Below, piece by piece: positions 9,533-19,184 of a stretch of DNA of 64,000 nucleotides. The notes under the pieces are model-generated. The model made no database searches. It had not been told where the DNA came from and saw only the letters and a program-made list of their open reading frames with translations. A program made the translations under genes and the position numbers. Origin of the DNA: Candidatus Latescibacterota bacterium (GTDB lineage: Bacteria > Latescibacterota > UBA2968 > UBA8231); assembly GCA_965203355.1 (NCBI GenBank), contig OZ241889.1, positions 3,616,001 to 3,680,000 on the forward strand, given 5' to 3'. Numbering within the stretch: the first letter of the stretch is position 1; each line of letters begins with the position of its first letter.

Positions 9533-10780
9533 ATGGACAAAGTGCGCTTGGCCCTCGTCGGCTGCGGCGGCATGGGCACTCGCCATCTGCACGGCCTCAA
9601 GCAGCTAGCCGACTCCCCCTTTGACGCCATCGAACTGAGCGCGGTCTGCGACATCAGCGCGGAAAACGCCGCGATGGCTGCCGCCCAAGCCGAGAAGCTC
9701 CTCGGGATCCGCCCCAAGGTCTGCGCGAATATGGAGGCGATGGTCCAACAAGTGCCGGACTTGGAGGCCGTGGACGTGGTGACCGATCCTTCAGTGCATC
9801 ACACTGTCGTCTGCGAGGCTCTCGACTTGGGATTGCACGTGCTGGTGGAAAAGCCGCTGGCCATCACCGTGCGAGCCTGCCAGCAAATCCTCGACGCAGC
9901 CACGCGCAACGAGCGCATAGTCTCGGTAGCTGAAAATTTCCGCCGCGACCCTTCGGCACGCATCGTGCGCCACCTACTCAACACCGGTGCCATCGGTACG
10001 CCCTACATGGCACTCTATCACTCCCTCGGCGCGGGCAATCCCATTTTCATCACCCCTTGGCGTCACCGCCGGGAGTTGGGCGGCTTTATTCTCGACATGG
10101 CCGTCCACTTCACCCACATGATCCGCTACCAACTCGGGGATGTTGCCGAGGTCTATGCCGATGCGCGGATGATAGAGCCGGAGCGACAAAAATCAGCATC
10201 CCTGTCCATGGACTACGAGTTCTACAAAAAGCGCTTCGCGGCCATGCCCGAGCGCATCCCGGCGGCGGCCGAGGACGCGACCCAAGCAATCTTCAAGATG
10301 GAGAGCGGCGCGACCCTGAACTGGATCGTCGGGATCGCCGGCCACGCCGACACACACCGCGAACTAATCATGGGCACCGACGGCAGCATTGATGGCTTTG
10401 GCGCGCGTGGGGGGCGCGTAACGCTTGCGCGGCGCGATGCCGCGCCCCTCAGCCAAGAGGCCATCCTCGCGGCGGCTCAGGGCGCGGACCTATCATTCGA
10501 CCCGCTGACGCGCTACCTATTTCCAAGCGGAGTCTCGGCCGGCGACCCGCTCGTTGATTTGAAGCTAATCGCCTACGAGCTACGCGAAATGGCGGAAGCC
10601 ATTCGCGGCCAACGCACCGTCGAAGTGGATGGCCGCTGTGGCTTGAAGGATGTGGCTGCGCTCTACGCGGTGTTTGAATCCTGGCGTGCCGGTGGCCCGG
10701 TGGCACTCAGCGCGGTCGAGTCCTGCCAATCGTATGCCTACCAAGCGGAGATAGACGCCACTTTGGGGATTGGACCGTAG
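9533..10780 (+). CDS. Gfo/Idh/MocA-family oxidoreductase
   Basis: 'LALVGCGGMG' Rossmann motif, 'HVLVEKPLA', 'GGFILDMAVH'. Confidence 0.9.
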   Translation: MDKVRLALVGCGGMGTRHLHGLKQLADSPFDAIELSAVCDISAENAAMAAAQAEKLLGIRPKVCANMEAMVQQVPDLEAVDVVTDPSVHHTVVCEALDLGLHVLVEKPLAITVRACQQILDAATRNERIVSVAENFRRDPSARIVRHLLNTGAIGTPYMALYHSLGAGNPIFITPWRHRRELGGFILDMAVHFTHMIRYQLGDVAEVYADARMIEPERQKSASLSMDYEFYKKRFAAMPERIPAAAEDATQAIFKMESGATLNWIVGIAGHADTHRELIMGTDGSIDGFGARGGRVTLARRDAAPLSQEAILAAAQGADLSFDPLTRYLFPSGVSAGDPLVDLKLIAYELREMAEAIRGQRTVEVDGRCGLKDVAALYAVFESWRAGGPVALSAVESCQSYAYQAEIDATLGIGP

Positions 10781-10829
10781 GCTGGCTTGCAAAGGTGAGG
10801 CCTAACTCGCAACAGGAAAGGAGCCTATC

Positions 10830-10987
10830 ATGCCTGAACCACTTCCACGGATTTTCTCCGTGCATTGCGGCAAGCGATACGCCAGCGCATCAACGAGACC
10901 AATAAGCTCTACATTTCGCAGTTCAAGTGGCTTATGAGTGCTATTGGCCTTGCAACCGGCATCCCCATCGCCGCGATACATTCCTGA
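10830..10987 (+). pseudogene. Possible frameshifted remnant of a small coiled-coil/C-terminal-TM protein gene
   Basis: Strong AGGAAAGGAG RBS before ATG 10830; another frame reads DFLRALRQAIRQRINETNKLYISQFKWLMSAIGLATGIPIAAIHS*. Confidence 0.3.
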
Positions 10988-11015
10988 AGCCTCCGCGCCA
11001 AGAGAGGAGTATGCC

Positions 11016-11558
11016 ATGTGGAACCTCGTCAAAATCCCGGTCGAGCCGCTCGTCCCCGAGACATTTGCTCCCTTCGGCCACGTGATTCGCACCTTTGAGG
11101 AGCGCAAGCCTGACAAGGTCAAAGGCGGTTACGCCACCAACGCCTATCCGGTCCTCGCCGCGCCCGGCACCCAGCCCAAAGATGGCCCCGGCTGGTACGC
11201 ACTCCACCCGCAGCGCGTACCCCTTTCCGAAGGACTGGAACGCGCTCATTTTGCCTTTCACACGGACGCCGGCCAGTCGTTTTACCCCAGTTTGCACACA
11301 CCGAGCGTGTTTCTCGTCGGAGCGATCCAAGCCGACATCCAAGCCGAGGAGCTCCGCGCTTTTTACTCGGCAGGCGATGTGGGCGTCTGCTTACATCTGG
11401 GCGTGTGGCACACTATGCCCATCTGCGTCGAAGGCCGCGACGTGTATCAAACCACGCGCGGCGATCAAGATTATCAAGCGCACTCCGTGGAAATCGACTT
11501 CGATTTGGATCGCGGCCAATCCATTGCGCCGGATATGGGCCGTTTTAAGGGAGCTTAA
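11016..11558 (+). CDS. Ureidoglycolate lyase (AllA)-like cupin protein
   Basis: 'EPLVPETFAPFGHVI', 'QSFYP', 'LRAF' and 'GVWHTMP' match the AllA family pattern; GAGGAG RBS. Confidence 0.65.
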   Translation: MWNLVKIPVEPLVPETFAPFGHVIRTFEERKPDKVKGGYATNAYPVLAAPGTQPKDGPGWYALHPQRVPLSEGLERAHFAFHTDAGQSFYPSLHTPSVFLVGAIQADIQAEELRAFYSAGDVGVCLHLGVWHTMPICVEGRDVYQTTRGDQDYQAHSVEIDFDLDRGQSIAPDMGRFKGA

Positions 11559-11562
11559 GCCA

Positions 11563-11883
11563 ATGCGACGAGTTGGTTTTCAGATGCAGGTCAAAAAGGA
11601 TCGAATCGCCGAGTATAAAGAAATGCACCGCCAAGTGTGGCCCGAAGTCTGCGCGGCCCTCACGCGCCACGGTTGGCACCGCTACTCGCTCTTTATGAAC
11701 GCAGACGGCCTCGTCTTCGGTTACTTTGAGACCGAAGCGGATTTTGCCACCGCCCTCAGCGGCTTTCTCGCGGAAGAGGCCACCCAGCACTGGGGGGAAG
11801 CCAACGAAGGGTTGGTCGAAATACCGGAGAGCGGCCCCAAAGACGCGCTAATCGAACTTGAAGAGGTCTTCCACCTCGATTAG
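11563..11883 (+). CDS. rhaM: L-rhamnose mutarotase family protein
   Basis: 'MRRVGFQMQVKKDRIAEYKEMHRQVWPEV...YSLF...LEEVFHLD'; GGAG RBS. Confidence 0.75.
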   Translation: MRRVGFQMQVKKDRIAEYKEMHRQVWPEVCAALTRHGWHRYSLFMNADGLVFGYFETEADFATALSGFLAEEATQHWGEANEGLVEIPESGPKDALIELEEVFHLD

Positions 11884-11907
11884 CACCACGCGCCCGGCGC
11901 CGCGACC

Positions 11908-12540
11908 TTAGCGGTTCTCATCGCCCTGTGGGCCGCGGTACGGCCTCATCACAAACGCCGCGCCCGTAGGCGAATGCCGTGGGTTTTCGTACACAGTCAA
12001 CAGCACACCCGCTTCCACATCCGTTGTGCGCTGCGTCCGCCCCGAAGGCCAGTGTACGCGCACGGCATCCGCTCGTTGATGTGAGCCTAAGCCGACAATC
12101 AAGGTCGCGCTGTTCTGGGCTGAAAAGCCCTCGCCCGCTCGGTGCTCGCGCAGCAGCGTCCGCCCGCCGACATCCACTTCCACTTGTGCGCCATACCCAT
12201 CGCGCGCACTCCACTCGCGTGAAACCTCGTCGCGATCGTGGCCCCCCACAAACCGCAACGCCAGGATGCGGCCGGCCTTGCTGCGGTTGGCAAACAATTC
12301 GCAGAGCGGCTCGTTGGCATTGACGACGGCCAAATCAATGCGCCCATCGCGGTCGAAGTCCAAGGTGGCGAAAGCTCGGCCATCCGCGGGCGAATCCGCC
12401 GCCGACAAACCCGACACGTCGATAAAGTCCCGGCCTTCTACATTGAGGAACAGACGGTTGCGCTGGTATCCGCTAAGCGAAGCCCCGGCGTCGAGCCGCG
12501 CCCCCACGTTGTACGTCCCATCCGTCCGGCCATGACGCAC
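11908..12540 (-). CDS. Last FG-GAP blade plus ASPIC/UnbV domain; probably the C-terminal part of a UGA read-through protein spanning 11908-14580
   Basis: 'DGRAFATLDFDRDGRIDLAVVN', 'RDGYGAQV', 'GEGFSAQNS...GLG...VHWPSG'; in frame with the upstream ORF across a single TGA. Confidence 0.75.
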   Translation of the reverse strand: MRHGRTDGTYNVGARLDAGASLSGYQRNRLFLNVEGRDFIDVSGLSAADSPADGRAFATLDFDRDGRIDLAVVNANEPLCELFANRSKAGRILALRFVGGHDRDEVSREWSARDGYGAQVEVDVGGRTLLREHRAGEGFSAQNSATLIVGLGSHQRADAVRVHWPSGRTQRTTDVEAGVLLTVYENPRHSPTGAAFVMRPYRGPQGDENR

Positions 12541-12564
12541 GACCGCGCGCCAAAACAGACTTCA
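12533..12564 (-). promoter_or_regulatory. In-frame UGA plus candidate bacterial SECIS hairpin
   Basis: UGA-AGUCUGUUU-UGGCGCGC-GGUC-GUGCGUCA: 8-bp stem with two G-U pairs and a GGUC loop 17 nt after the UGA. Confidence 0.6.
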
Positions 12565-14580
12565 GGTATCCTCGGCCAGCGCGACTTCGGCTGGCGGCGT
12601 GTAGTAGCCACTCAGAGCGTAGATGTCGAGGTCGCCGTCGTTATCAAAATCCAAAAACTGCCCCCCCCAACCCCAGCCCCCATCTTCCACCGGCGAGTCT
12701 GCGACGAGGGAAAAACCCTCGCTACCGTTCCGCAAGAGAGAGCTGCCCCGGGCCAACGGCGCAAACGCCGCACCCGCCCGCCCCGCCGCTTCTGCAATGC
12801 GGCGCCCCGCACTGCTGTGCATGTTGGTCACGTACAAATCTTGCCGGCCATCCCCGTCGTAATCGGCCCAGCTCGCACCCATGCCAAAGCCCGGGTCCGC
12901 AGCACCGCTCTCGGCGGTGACATCGACGAGGGCACCGCCGTCATTGCGGAGCAAGTTATTAGCGGCAAAGTCGTTGGCGAGGTAGAGATCCGGGTCGCCA
13001 TCGCGATCGTAATCAGCCCAAGTCGCCTGTAACGTATTGCGCCACACCGCCGCGTTTGCAGCAAAGCGCCCGGCACCGAAATTGCGCAGCAGGACATTGG
13101 GCGGCCCAGGCGCGTCGTGGATGAGATGGCCGATGCGGTCGCGACTTAGGTCGTACAGAGTGCGAGCGTGGTCGGCCGGCAGAAAATCGGCCAACAGCGC
13201 ACCGCCCCAAGGCGCGTCGCCGAGCGCGGCGGGCACCGCTTCGAGCAACATCCGCGCCGCATACGTGGAGAAGTACACATCGAGCAGACCGTCGCCGTTG
13301 TAATCAGCCGCCGAGACCGAAGCCGCGAGCAACGGCAAGACGCCAACGCCCAAGTCGCGGCGGACGAAGTACCCGTCCTCGTTGACCAAGTAGAGACTCG
13401 GCGCGAGCGTGCGGCCGAGAAATACATCCGGGTCGCCATCGTTGTCAAAGTCGGCGAAGAGCGCGGCCGCGGTGTGATGCTCCACATCGAGACCATATTG
13501 GGCTGCGTGCTCCGTGAACGTGCCGTCGCCGCCATTGTGCAACAGCATGTTCTGACCTTGGCGCACGGCAAGGTACAGATCGTCGTACCCATCGCCGTCG
13601 ATATCCACGACGCTGATGCCCGGATGGCGATCAAAGGCTTGGCGCGTAAAATAGCGATGCGGCGCGACAAACGCCGAGTCGCGAAAGGACTGGCGCACCA
13701 GTTCGGCGTGGCGCGCAAACCTCGCTTGGGCGCGATCCGCAGCGCGTGGGAGCACTTCGTCGAGCATTTCGGCAAACAGCGCGTGTTCCCGCGTCAGCAT
13801 CTCCAGCGATTCAGTCTCCCAGCGTCGAATCCGCCAAACGGCATCTTCCTGCTGCTGCCAGTCGAGCACCAGCCAAGCCCGAACTTGGGCGCGCGCCCCG
13901 TCTTGGGTCTGCGCCGAGGCGTCAAAGCGCAAGCGGGCTTGGTAAATCGTCTCTTCCGCGTTGAGAAAATGCCCGGTCTCAAGGTGGAAGGCCGCATAGT
14001 CGCAGGAACGCAGCGCGGCAAAAAGCGGCTCCCATAGCTGGAGGTCGACGCCGCTGACCTGCTCGGCGGGTGCAACGCGCCAGCGCTGACGCTTAAGGCC
14101 CAATGCCGGTACAATCTCAGTCGCCTCGGCCGTCTGCTCGGCGTCTGCAACATCCACGGTCGCGGCAAAAAGCGCCCGCGCTGGCGCGGCCGGCAGTGCG
14201 CCTTGGTACATCCCCAAGGCAAGCAGCGGCAGGGCCTCGCCGCTCAGGTCCTGCTGCACCGCTTCGCTGCGATCAATAGCCGCCAACAGCCGATTGCGCT
14301 CCTGCACCTTTTGCAGGGAGCGGACCGTGCCGTACCCGCCGAGCACAGCAACGCAAACGACGGGCACAATGGAAATCAGCGGCAGCCGAGGACCCCGCCA
14401 AACGAGCCAACCACCGCCAACGAGCAAGGCGATCTGCAGGACGATGATACCCTCAGTGCCAAGCGGCTGGGTCGAAAAAAAATGAGCGAAGGCCAGCGGA
14501 TTGCCGGCCAAGCCACTGAGCAGCAGGCCCACACCGGCGAGACGCCCGGCCACGCGATGGCGTTTAGTCATGGGTCTCAT
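12562..14580 (-). CDS. FG-GAP/VCBS-repeat beta-propeller (CRTAC1-family) protein with N-terminal TM helices; N-terminal part of a probable selenoprotein
   Basis: Repeated DxDGDGxxD motifs (DIDGDGYDDL, DFDNDGDPDV, DYNGDGLLDV, DYDRDGDPDL, DYDGDGRQDL, DFDNDGDLDI); ends in TGA. Confidence 0.8.
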   Translation of the reverse strand: MRPMTKRHRVAGRLAGVGLLLSGLAGNPLAFAHFFSTQPLGTEGIIVLQIALLVGGGWLVWRGPRLPLISIVPVVCVAVLGGYGTVRSLQKVQERNRLLAAIDRSEAVQQDLSGEALPLLALGMYQGALPAAPARALFAATVDVADAEQTAEATEIVPALGLKRQRWRVAPAEQVSGVDLQLWEPLFAALRSCDYAAFHLETGHFLNAEETIYQARLRFDASAQTQDGARAQVRAWLVLDWQQQEDAVWRIRRWETESLEMLTREHALFAEMLDEVLPRAADRAQARFARHAELVRQSFRDSAFVAPHRYFTRQAFDRHPGISVVDIDGDGYDDLYLAVRQGQNMLLHNGGDGTFTEHAAQYGLDVEHHTAAALFADFDNDGDPDVFLGRTLAPSLYLVNEDGYFVRRDLGVGVLPLLAASVSAADYNGDGLLDVYFSTYAARMLLEAVPAALGDAPWGGALLADFLPADHARTLYDLSRDRIGHLIHDAPGPPNVLLRNFGAGRFAANAAVWRNTLQATWADYDRDGDPDLYLANDFAANNLLRNDGGALVDVTAESGAADPGFGMGASWADYDGDGRQDLYVTNMHSSAGRRIAEAAGRAGAAFAPLARGSSLLRNGSEGFSLVADSPVEDGGWGWGGQFLDFDNDGDLDIYALSGYYTPPAEVALAEDT

Positions 14581-14695
14581 AGGCTCAGGCTAGTGAATGG
14601 ATTGAGCGCAGTTTTTGTCGCGGCAAGCGAGCATAGTATATTAGACGCCCAATACTAGTAGAAGTAGAAAAACCAACTCAAACGGAGACTACACC

Positions 14696-15775
14696 ATGCC
14701 GGCCCGTCCCCAAATACTCATCGCCTGCAACAAGCACGTGCGCGAGCAGTACCTCGCCGCCGCTGATCTTGAACGCCTCGCCGCCTTCGCCGATTGGGAC
14801 TGGTTCGAATGCAAAGGCGGCGGCATTTACGACACCAACGCAGATCCCGAGATCGCCCGGGCGCTAGGCGATCGGTTGGGTCGGTACGACGGCTTGATCG
14901 TCTGCCACGGCTGCCCGACGGTCAACGCCGCGATCCTCGATCAAGCCCCCAACCTAAAGATCATCGGCGAACTCGAAGGCGACCGCTTTGCCAGCCGCAT
15001 TGATGTCGAAGCCGCCTGGGCGCGCGGCGTCTGCACGGTCGATACGACCAACGGCTCGTCGTATCCAGTGTCCGAATGGGCCTTGGCGCTCATCCTCATC
15101 GCCCTGCGCAACGCGGGTGCCCAATTCCGCCGCCTCATCGCCGGCGACGTGCGCGCTCGTCCGCCCACCGATTTTGGCTTCATCCACGGCGATCTGACCG
15201 GCAAGCGCGTCGGCCTGATCGGCTGCGGACACATTGGCCGACGGCTCATCCAGTTTTTGCGCCCCTTCCACACCGAAGTGTGGGTGTTCGATCCCTATCT
15301 GGCGCGCGAGTTGGCCGACGCGGTCGGCTTTCTCAAAACCTCGTTGGACAACGTGATGTCCCAGTGCGACGCCATCGTCTGCCTGGCTCCGCACACCCCG
15401 CGCACCGAGCGCATGCTTGGCCAACGGGAGTTAGACCTGATCCGGCCGGGTGCGGTATTCGTCAATGTGTCGCGGGGCAAAGTGGTGGACTCAGACGCGC
15501 TGGTGAGGCGGCTCAAGCGGGGCGACATCGTCGCCGGTTTAGACGTGTTCGACCCGGACGCGGGCGCGGACAACGCCTATGGCGACAAAGAGATCCTCGG
15601 CCTCGAAAACGCCTTCGTCACCCCCCACATCGCCGGCGTAACCGCGCAGAGCTATCCGCGCTTTTTCACGCTGATGGTCGATGAGCTCGACCGCTTCTTC
15701 CACGGGCACGAGACCCTCTTCGACCTAACGCCGCGCTCCATCGCCAACCGCCGAGGCCGCGAGTTAGCTGAATAG
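14696..15775 (+). CDS. D-isomer-specific 2-hydroxyacid dehydrogenase
   Basis: 'GKRVGLIGCGHIG', 'FVNVSRG', 'AGLDVF', 'TPHIAG'. Confidence 0.88.
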   Translation: MPARPQILIACNKHVREQYLAAADLERLAAFADWDWFECKGGGIYDTNADPEIARALGDRLGRYDGLIVCHGCPTVNAAILDQAPNLKIIGELEGDRFASRIDVEAAWARGVCTVDTTNGSSYPVSEWALALILIALRNAGAQFRRLIAGDVRARPPTDFGFIHGDLTGKRVGLIGCGHIGRRLIQFLRPFHTEVWVFDPYLARELADAVGFLKTSLDNVMSQCDAIVCLAPHTPRTERMLGQRELDLIRPGAVFVNVSRGKVVDSDALVRRLKRGDIVAGLDVFDPDAGADNAYGDKEILGLENAFVTPHIAGVTAQSYPRFFTLMVDELDRFFHGHETLFDLTPRSIANRRGRELAE

Positions 15776-15785
15776 CGAGGTCCGC

Positions 15786-17345
15786 TCAGTCAAACGGCGG
15801 GAAGAAGGTCAGATCCGCGCCAAAGTTATCCATGGCCACCACCTCGTCGCCGCGCAGACGGGCGCGGATCGAGCGGGTCCGATGCCGCAGGACCAACTCT
15901 GTTTCGGCCAAGTCAAAGCCAATCTCAATCGGCGCGTGCAACGGCGGTTGGGCCAAAAAAAGAAACCTGCCCTCTAGGCGCGGCCGCGCAACCCCTTTTA
16001 CCACTAAGTCAGACGGCGCGACCCAGCCGGGCAGGCGCACCCACAACGGCCCCGGCCGCTTAACCTCAATGCGCAGGACATCGTGCGTATAGGGCGATTC
16101 AACGCGCACGGCCTCGGTCTCGTGGTCAAAGAGCAAATTGACCCGGTGCCCAGCCGGGCTGCTCCGCACCATCTCCCGGTACACCTCGCACAAAGACGCC
16201 ACCGCTCCGCCGACAATATCCATGTTAAAGCCAACCGCCTCCGCTCCGACCGGCTCGTGGCCGTACGGCGCGGGAAAGCCAAACGCTCCTCGGTGCCGCT
16301 CGGCCACGTTGCGCCGACCGTCCGCGCCCTCGGGGTTGGCCGGTTCGTCAATAAAGGAAGTGTCGCGCAACTGCGACGGCAGCATATGCCCCCGCACCAT
16401 GCGCTCGGCGTCTTGAAAGTACTCGCTCCAGCCCCAGCGCCCCAAGATCAGGGCGGTCTCGACCATATCGCCGGTATTGTTCACTTCGCCGCGGTCGGGT
16501 GGTGCCTCGGGATGTGTGCTTTCGACGACCCAGCCCAACGGGTCGCGCATGGCCCACAGGCCATTATCGTAAAACGCCTTGACGCGCAGCAGGAGCGCGG
16601 CGTCGCCCGTCAAATCAGCCAACTGCGCCAGCGACGACATGACGCAGGTGACCGAATGCGTGTGGTCGCCCAGCAACGCCCGGTCGTGGCCGCCGTCCGC
16701 CGTGAAAAACTCACCCGTAATTTTCTCGGCCAATTCCAACGCCAATTCCAAGGCCGGGCCATAGTCCGTAGCCCGATAGTACTTGACTAAAGGCCCCAAG
16801 GCCCGGGCTTCCCCCGGTATGAACAGACTCTCCCACACCTCCAGCCCCTGCCCCTGTAGCGTCGGCCGATCCCAGCCCTCGTCCGCGCTCCAATAGCGGC
16901 GAAACGCCTCAATACTGGCCTCAGCTAGCTGCCGGGCCCGGTCCGAGTCGCGGTATTGCACCAGCGGATAGAGTGCGTGGAAGCCCTCGCGGATATTGTG
17001 CGGAATGAAGTTGACCAGCGGACCGCCCAACTCGGCCCGGTTGAGCGGCATGGCAATGGGGCCACTGTGCGAATAGAACGCCGCGGCCGCGTGTTTTTCA
17101 ATGGCCGCTTCATCTATTTCGACGCCCACCGCGTCTTCGGCGTTGAGCAAGGCATTGAGATGGCGGCCGGGCACGTGCGCCTCCGAATGCGCGGCACTAA
17201 AGCGCAGCTCGGCTTGGGGACGCACCCGCGAGCCGAAAAACGGTATATCATGGTCGTCGGCATTGAAGACACTCGACATCGTGCGGCAACCCAATTCAAT
17301 GGCGCGGCGCACATCCGTGGTATTGACGTCTTGTAAACGAGCCAT
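15786..17345 (-). CDS. GH127/beta-L-arabinofuranosidase-like (alpha/alpha)6-barrel protein, divergent
   Basis: 'DHTHS', 'GEVNNTGDMV', 'YFQDAERMVRGHMLPSQ' and C-terminal 'LWVRLPGWV' resemble the DUF1680/GH127 layout. Confidence 0.45.
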   Translation of the reverse strand: MARLQDVNTTDVRRAIELGCRTMSSVFNADDHDIPFFGSRVRPQAELRFSAAHSEAHVPGRHLNALLNAEDAVGVEIDEAAIEKHAAAAFYSHSGPIAMPLNRAELGGPLVNFIPHNIREGFHALYPLVQYRDSDRARQLAEASIEAFRRYWSADEGWDRPTLQGQGLEVWESLFIPGEARALGPLVKYYRATDYGPALELALELAEKITGEFFTADGGHDRALLGDHTHSVTCVMSSLAQLADLTGDAALLLRVKAFYDNGLWAMRDPLGWVVESTHPEAPPDRGEVNNTGDMVETALILGRWGWSEYFQDAERMVRGHMLPSQLRDTSFIDEPANPEGADGRRNVAERHRGAFGFPAPYGHEPVGAEAVGFNMDIVGGAVASLCEVYREMVRSSPAGHRVNLLFDHETEAVRVESPYTHDVLRIEVKRPGPLWVRLPGWVAPSDLVVKGVARPRLEGRFLFLAQPPLHAPIEIGFDLAETELVLRHRTRSIRARLRGDEVVAMDNFGADLTFFPPFD

Positions 17346-17353
17346 GGTCGTCT

Positions 17354-19147
17354 CTAGTTAAAGGGGCCGCCATGCACAAAGGCCCGCTGCCCCACAATCC
17401 CCGCACCCTGCACAATGTCATAGCGCGCCCCGGCCGCAAGCTGTTCGAGGCTTTCGACCGTCCCATCCGGCCAGCGAATTTCCAAGCGGTCGAGCCGCTC
17501 AGCCGCGCCCAAGCCAACGGTCACGGTCAGCGAACTGTGGCTCAAATAGGAAGATCCCGTGCGCACCATGAACACCTGCTCCTGCGTACCCACCCGCGCC
17601 GTCACCTTTGCGCCGATGGCGTCTCGGTTGGGTGCCTTGCCCGTCAGGTTGAGCGCGACTGCGCGGCCGGTCGGCCCCTCGTTGCGCAGCAGGTACGCCG
17701 GACCGCCATTGGTCGTCAGCAGCACGTCCAAGTCGCCGTCCGCGTCGATATCGCCGACAGCCAGCCCCCGCGCCACGAGCGGCTTGCGGAACGGATCGCC
17801 GGCCTGCTCCGACACTTCGACCATGCGCCCGTCGCCGTCATTCCAAAACAACTGCGGGGCCTGCTGGTACTCGATCTCCTTCTGCGTCGAGTTGATCTCG
17901 GGCTCAATGTGCCCATTGGCCAAGATCAGATCTTGGTACCCGTCGAGGTCGTAGTCGAAAAAGCGCAGGCCAAAGGTCAGCGGCTGTAGCGTTGCCTGCA
18001 TCAGCCGAGCTTGGCCCGCCGCATCGACGAAAACCGCGCGGCCGGCTTGGCGGTAGAGCGAGAGGGCCTCGCGGCTGAAGTTGCCAATGGCGATGGAGAG
18101 CACACCGTCGTTGGCTACCGAGGCAATATCCACGCCCATGCCCGCGCGCGCCCGTCCGGTCTCGTCATAGCCAATGCCGGCCGCAAGACCCCGCTCGGCA
18201 AAGCGACCGCCCCCTAAATTTTGCAACAGGAAATTGGGCTGCGTGTCGTTGGTGACGACCAAGTCAATGCGACCGTCGTCTTCAAAATCGGTCATGGCCA
18301 CGCCCATGGACTTGCCCTCGGGCAACAACAGGCCCGCTTCTTGGGTTATCTCCCGGAAGCGGCCCGCGCCCAGATTGCGGTAGAGCCTCGGCGTCGAGCC
18401 GGGATACTGCTGTGGCGTGGCGTAGGACTTTTCCGTGCCGTCGAGCGTGGTGTAAATGTCGGTGCTGGGCGACCAGCGCACGTAGTTGGTCACCAACAGA
18501 TCGAGCCAGCCATCGCCATCCACATCGACCCAAGCCGCGCCTGTCGACCATTCGGGATTCTCATGGCCCGCGTCATCCCGCCACACCGCACCGGCCACGC
18601 CCGCGGCCCGCGCTACATCGACAAAGCGGCCCGCGTCGTTGCGCAACAGCAGATTGGGCCCCAAGGTCGTCAGGTAAATATCCAAGTCGCCATCGGCGTC
18701 GTAATCGGCAATCGTCGCGCCCATGCCATAGACGGAAAAGTCTAGGCCCGCGCGCTTGGTTGCATCATCAAAGGTGCCGTTGCCGAGATTGCGGTAGAGC
18801 TTGCTGGGGGCCTTTTCGCCGCTCCAGCCTTCGCTGTTGACCAAAAGCACGTCCAGCCAGCCATCCCGATCGTAATCAAAAAGCGCGCAGCCGCTGCCCA
18901 TAGTTTCCGGCATCCACTTGTCGCCGCGTGCCCCGGTCTCGTGCGCGAACTCAAGACCGGCCGACCGCGCCACATCGACAAAGCGCACCGCCGGCGCCGC
19001 TTTCCGGCTGCGGCCGACTGCGTAGTCCGCGGCCGGTTGGGTGTATTCGGGCACCGGGGCGACCTCTTTGGGTTGCTCGTCGCCGCAGGCCACCCACAGC
19101 AACGCGCCGACCAAGAGGCCCCCGATCATATTATGAGCTTGCGGCAT
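17354..19147 (-). CDS. CRTAC1-family lipoprotein (FG-GAP repeats plus ASPIC/UnbV)
   Basis: WVAC lipobox; 'MPETMGSGCALFDYDRDG', 'GMGVD', 'RGLAVGDIDADGDLD', 'NRDAIGAKV', 'GSSYLSHS', 'IRWPDG'. Confidence 0.88.
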   Translation of the reverse strand: MPQAHNMIGGLLVGALLWVACGDEQPKEVAPVPEYTQPAADYAVGRSRKAAPAVRFVDVARSAGLEFAHETGARGDKWMPETMGSGCALFDYDRDGWLDVLLVNSEGWSGEKAPSKLYRNLGNGTFDDATKRAGLDFSVYGMGATIADYDADGDLDIYLTTLGPNLLLRNDAGRFVDVARAAGVAGAVWRDDAGHENPEWSTGAAWVDVDGDGWLDLLVTNYVRWSPSTDIYTTLDGTEKSYATPQQYPGSTPRLYRNLGAGRFREITQEAGLLLPEGKSMGVAMTDFEDDGRIDLVVTNDTQPNFLLQNLGGGRFAERGLAAGIGYDETGRARAGMGVDIASVANDGVLSIAIGNFSREALSLYRQAGRAVFVDAAGQARLMQATLQPLTFGLRFFDYDLDGYQDLILANGHIEPEINSTQKEIEYQQAPQLFWNDGDGRMVEVSEQAGDPFRKPLVARGLAVGDIDADGDLDVLLTTNGGPAYLLRNEGPTGRAVALNLTGKAPNRDAIGAKVTARVGTQEQVFMVRTGSSYLSHSSLTVTVGLGAAERLDRLEIRWPDGTVESLEQLAAGARYDIVQGAGIVGQRAFVHGGPFN

Positions 19148-19184
19148 ACCATGTGCGTCCTTCGGCGAGCGGCCCGGCCAACCC

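Noticed and set aside
11095-11562. N-terminal extension of the rhamnose mutarotase ORF
   Set aside because: It overlaps the AllA-like gene; family similarity starts at ATG 11563.
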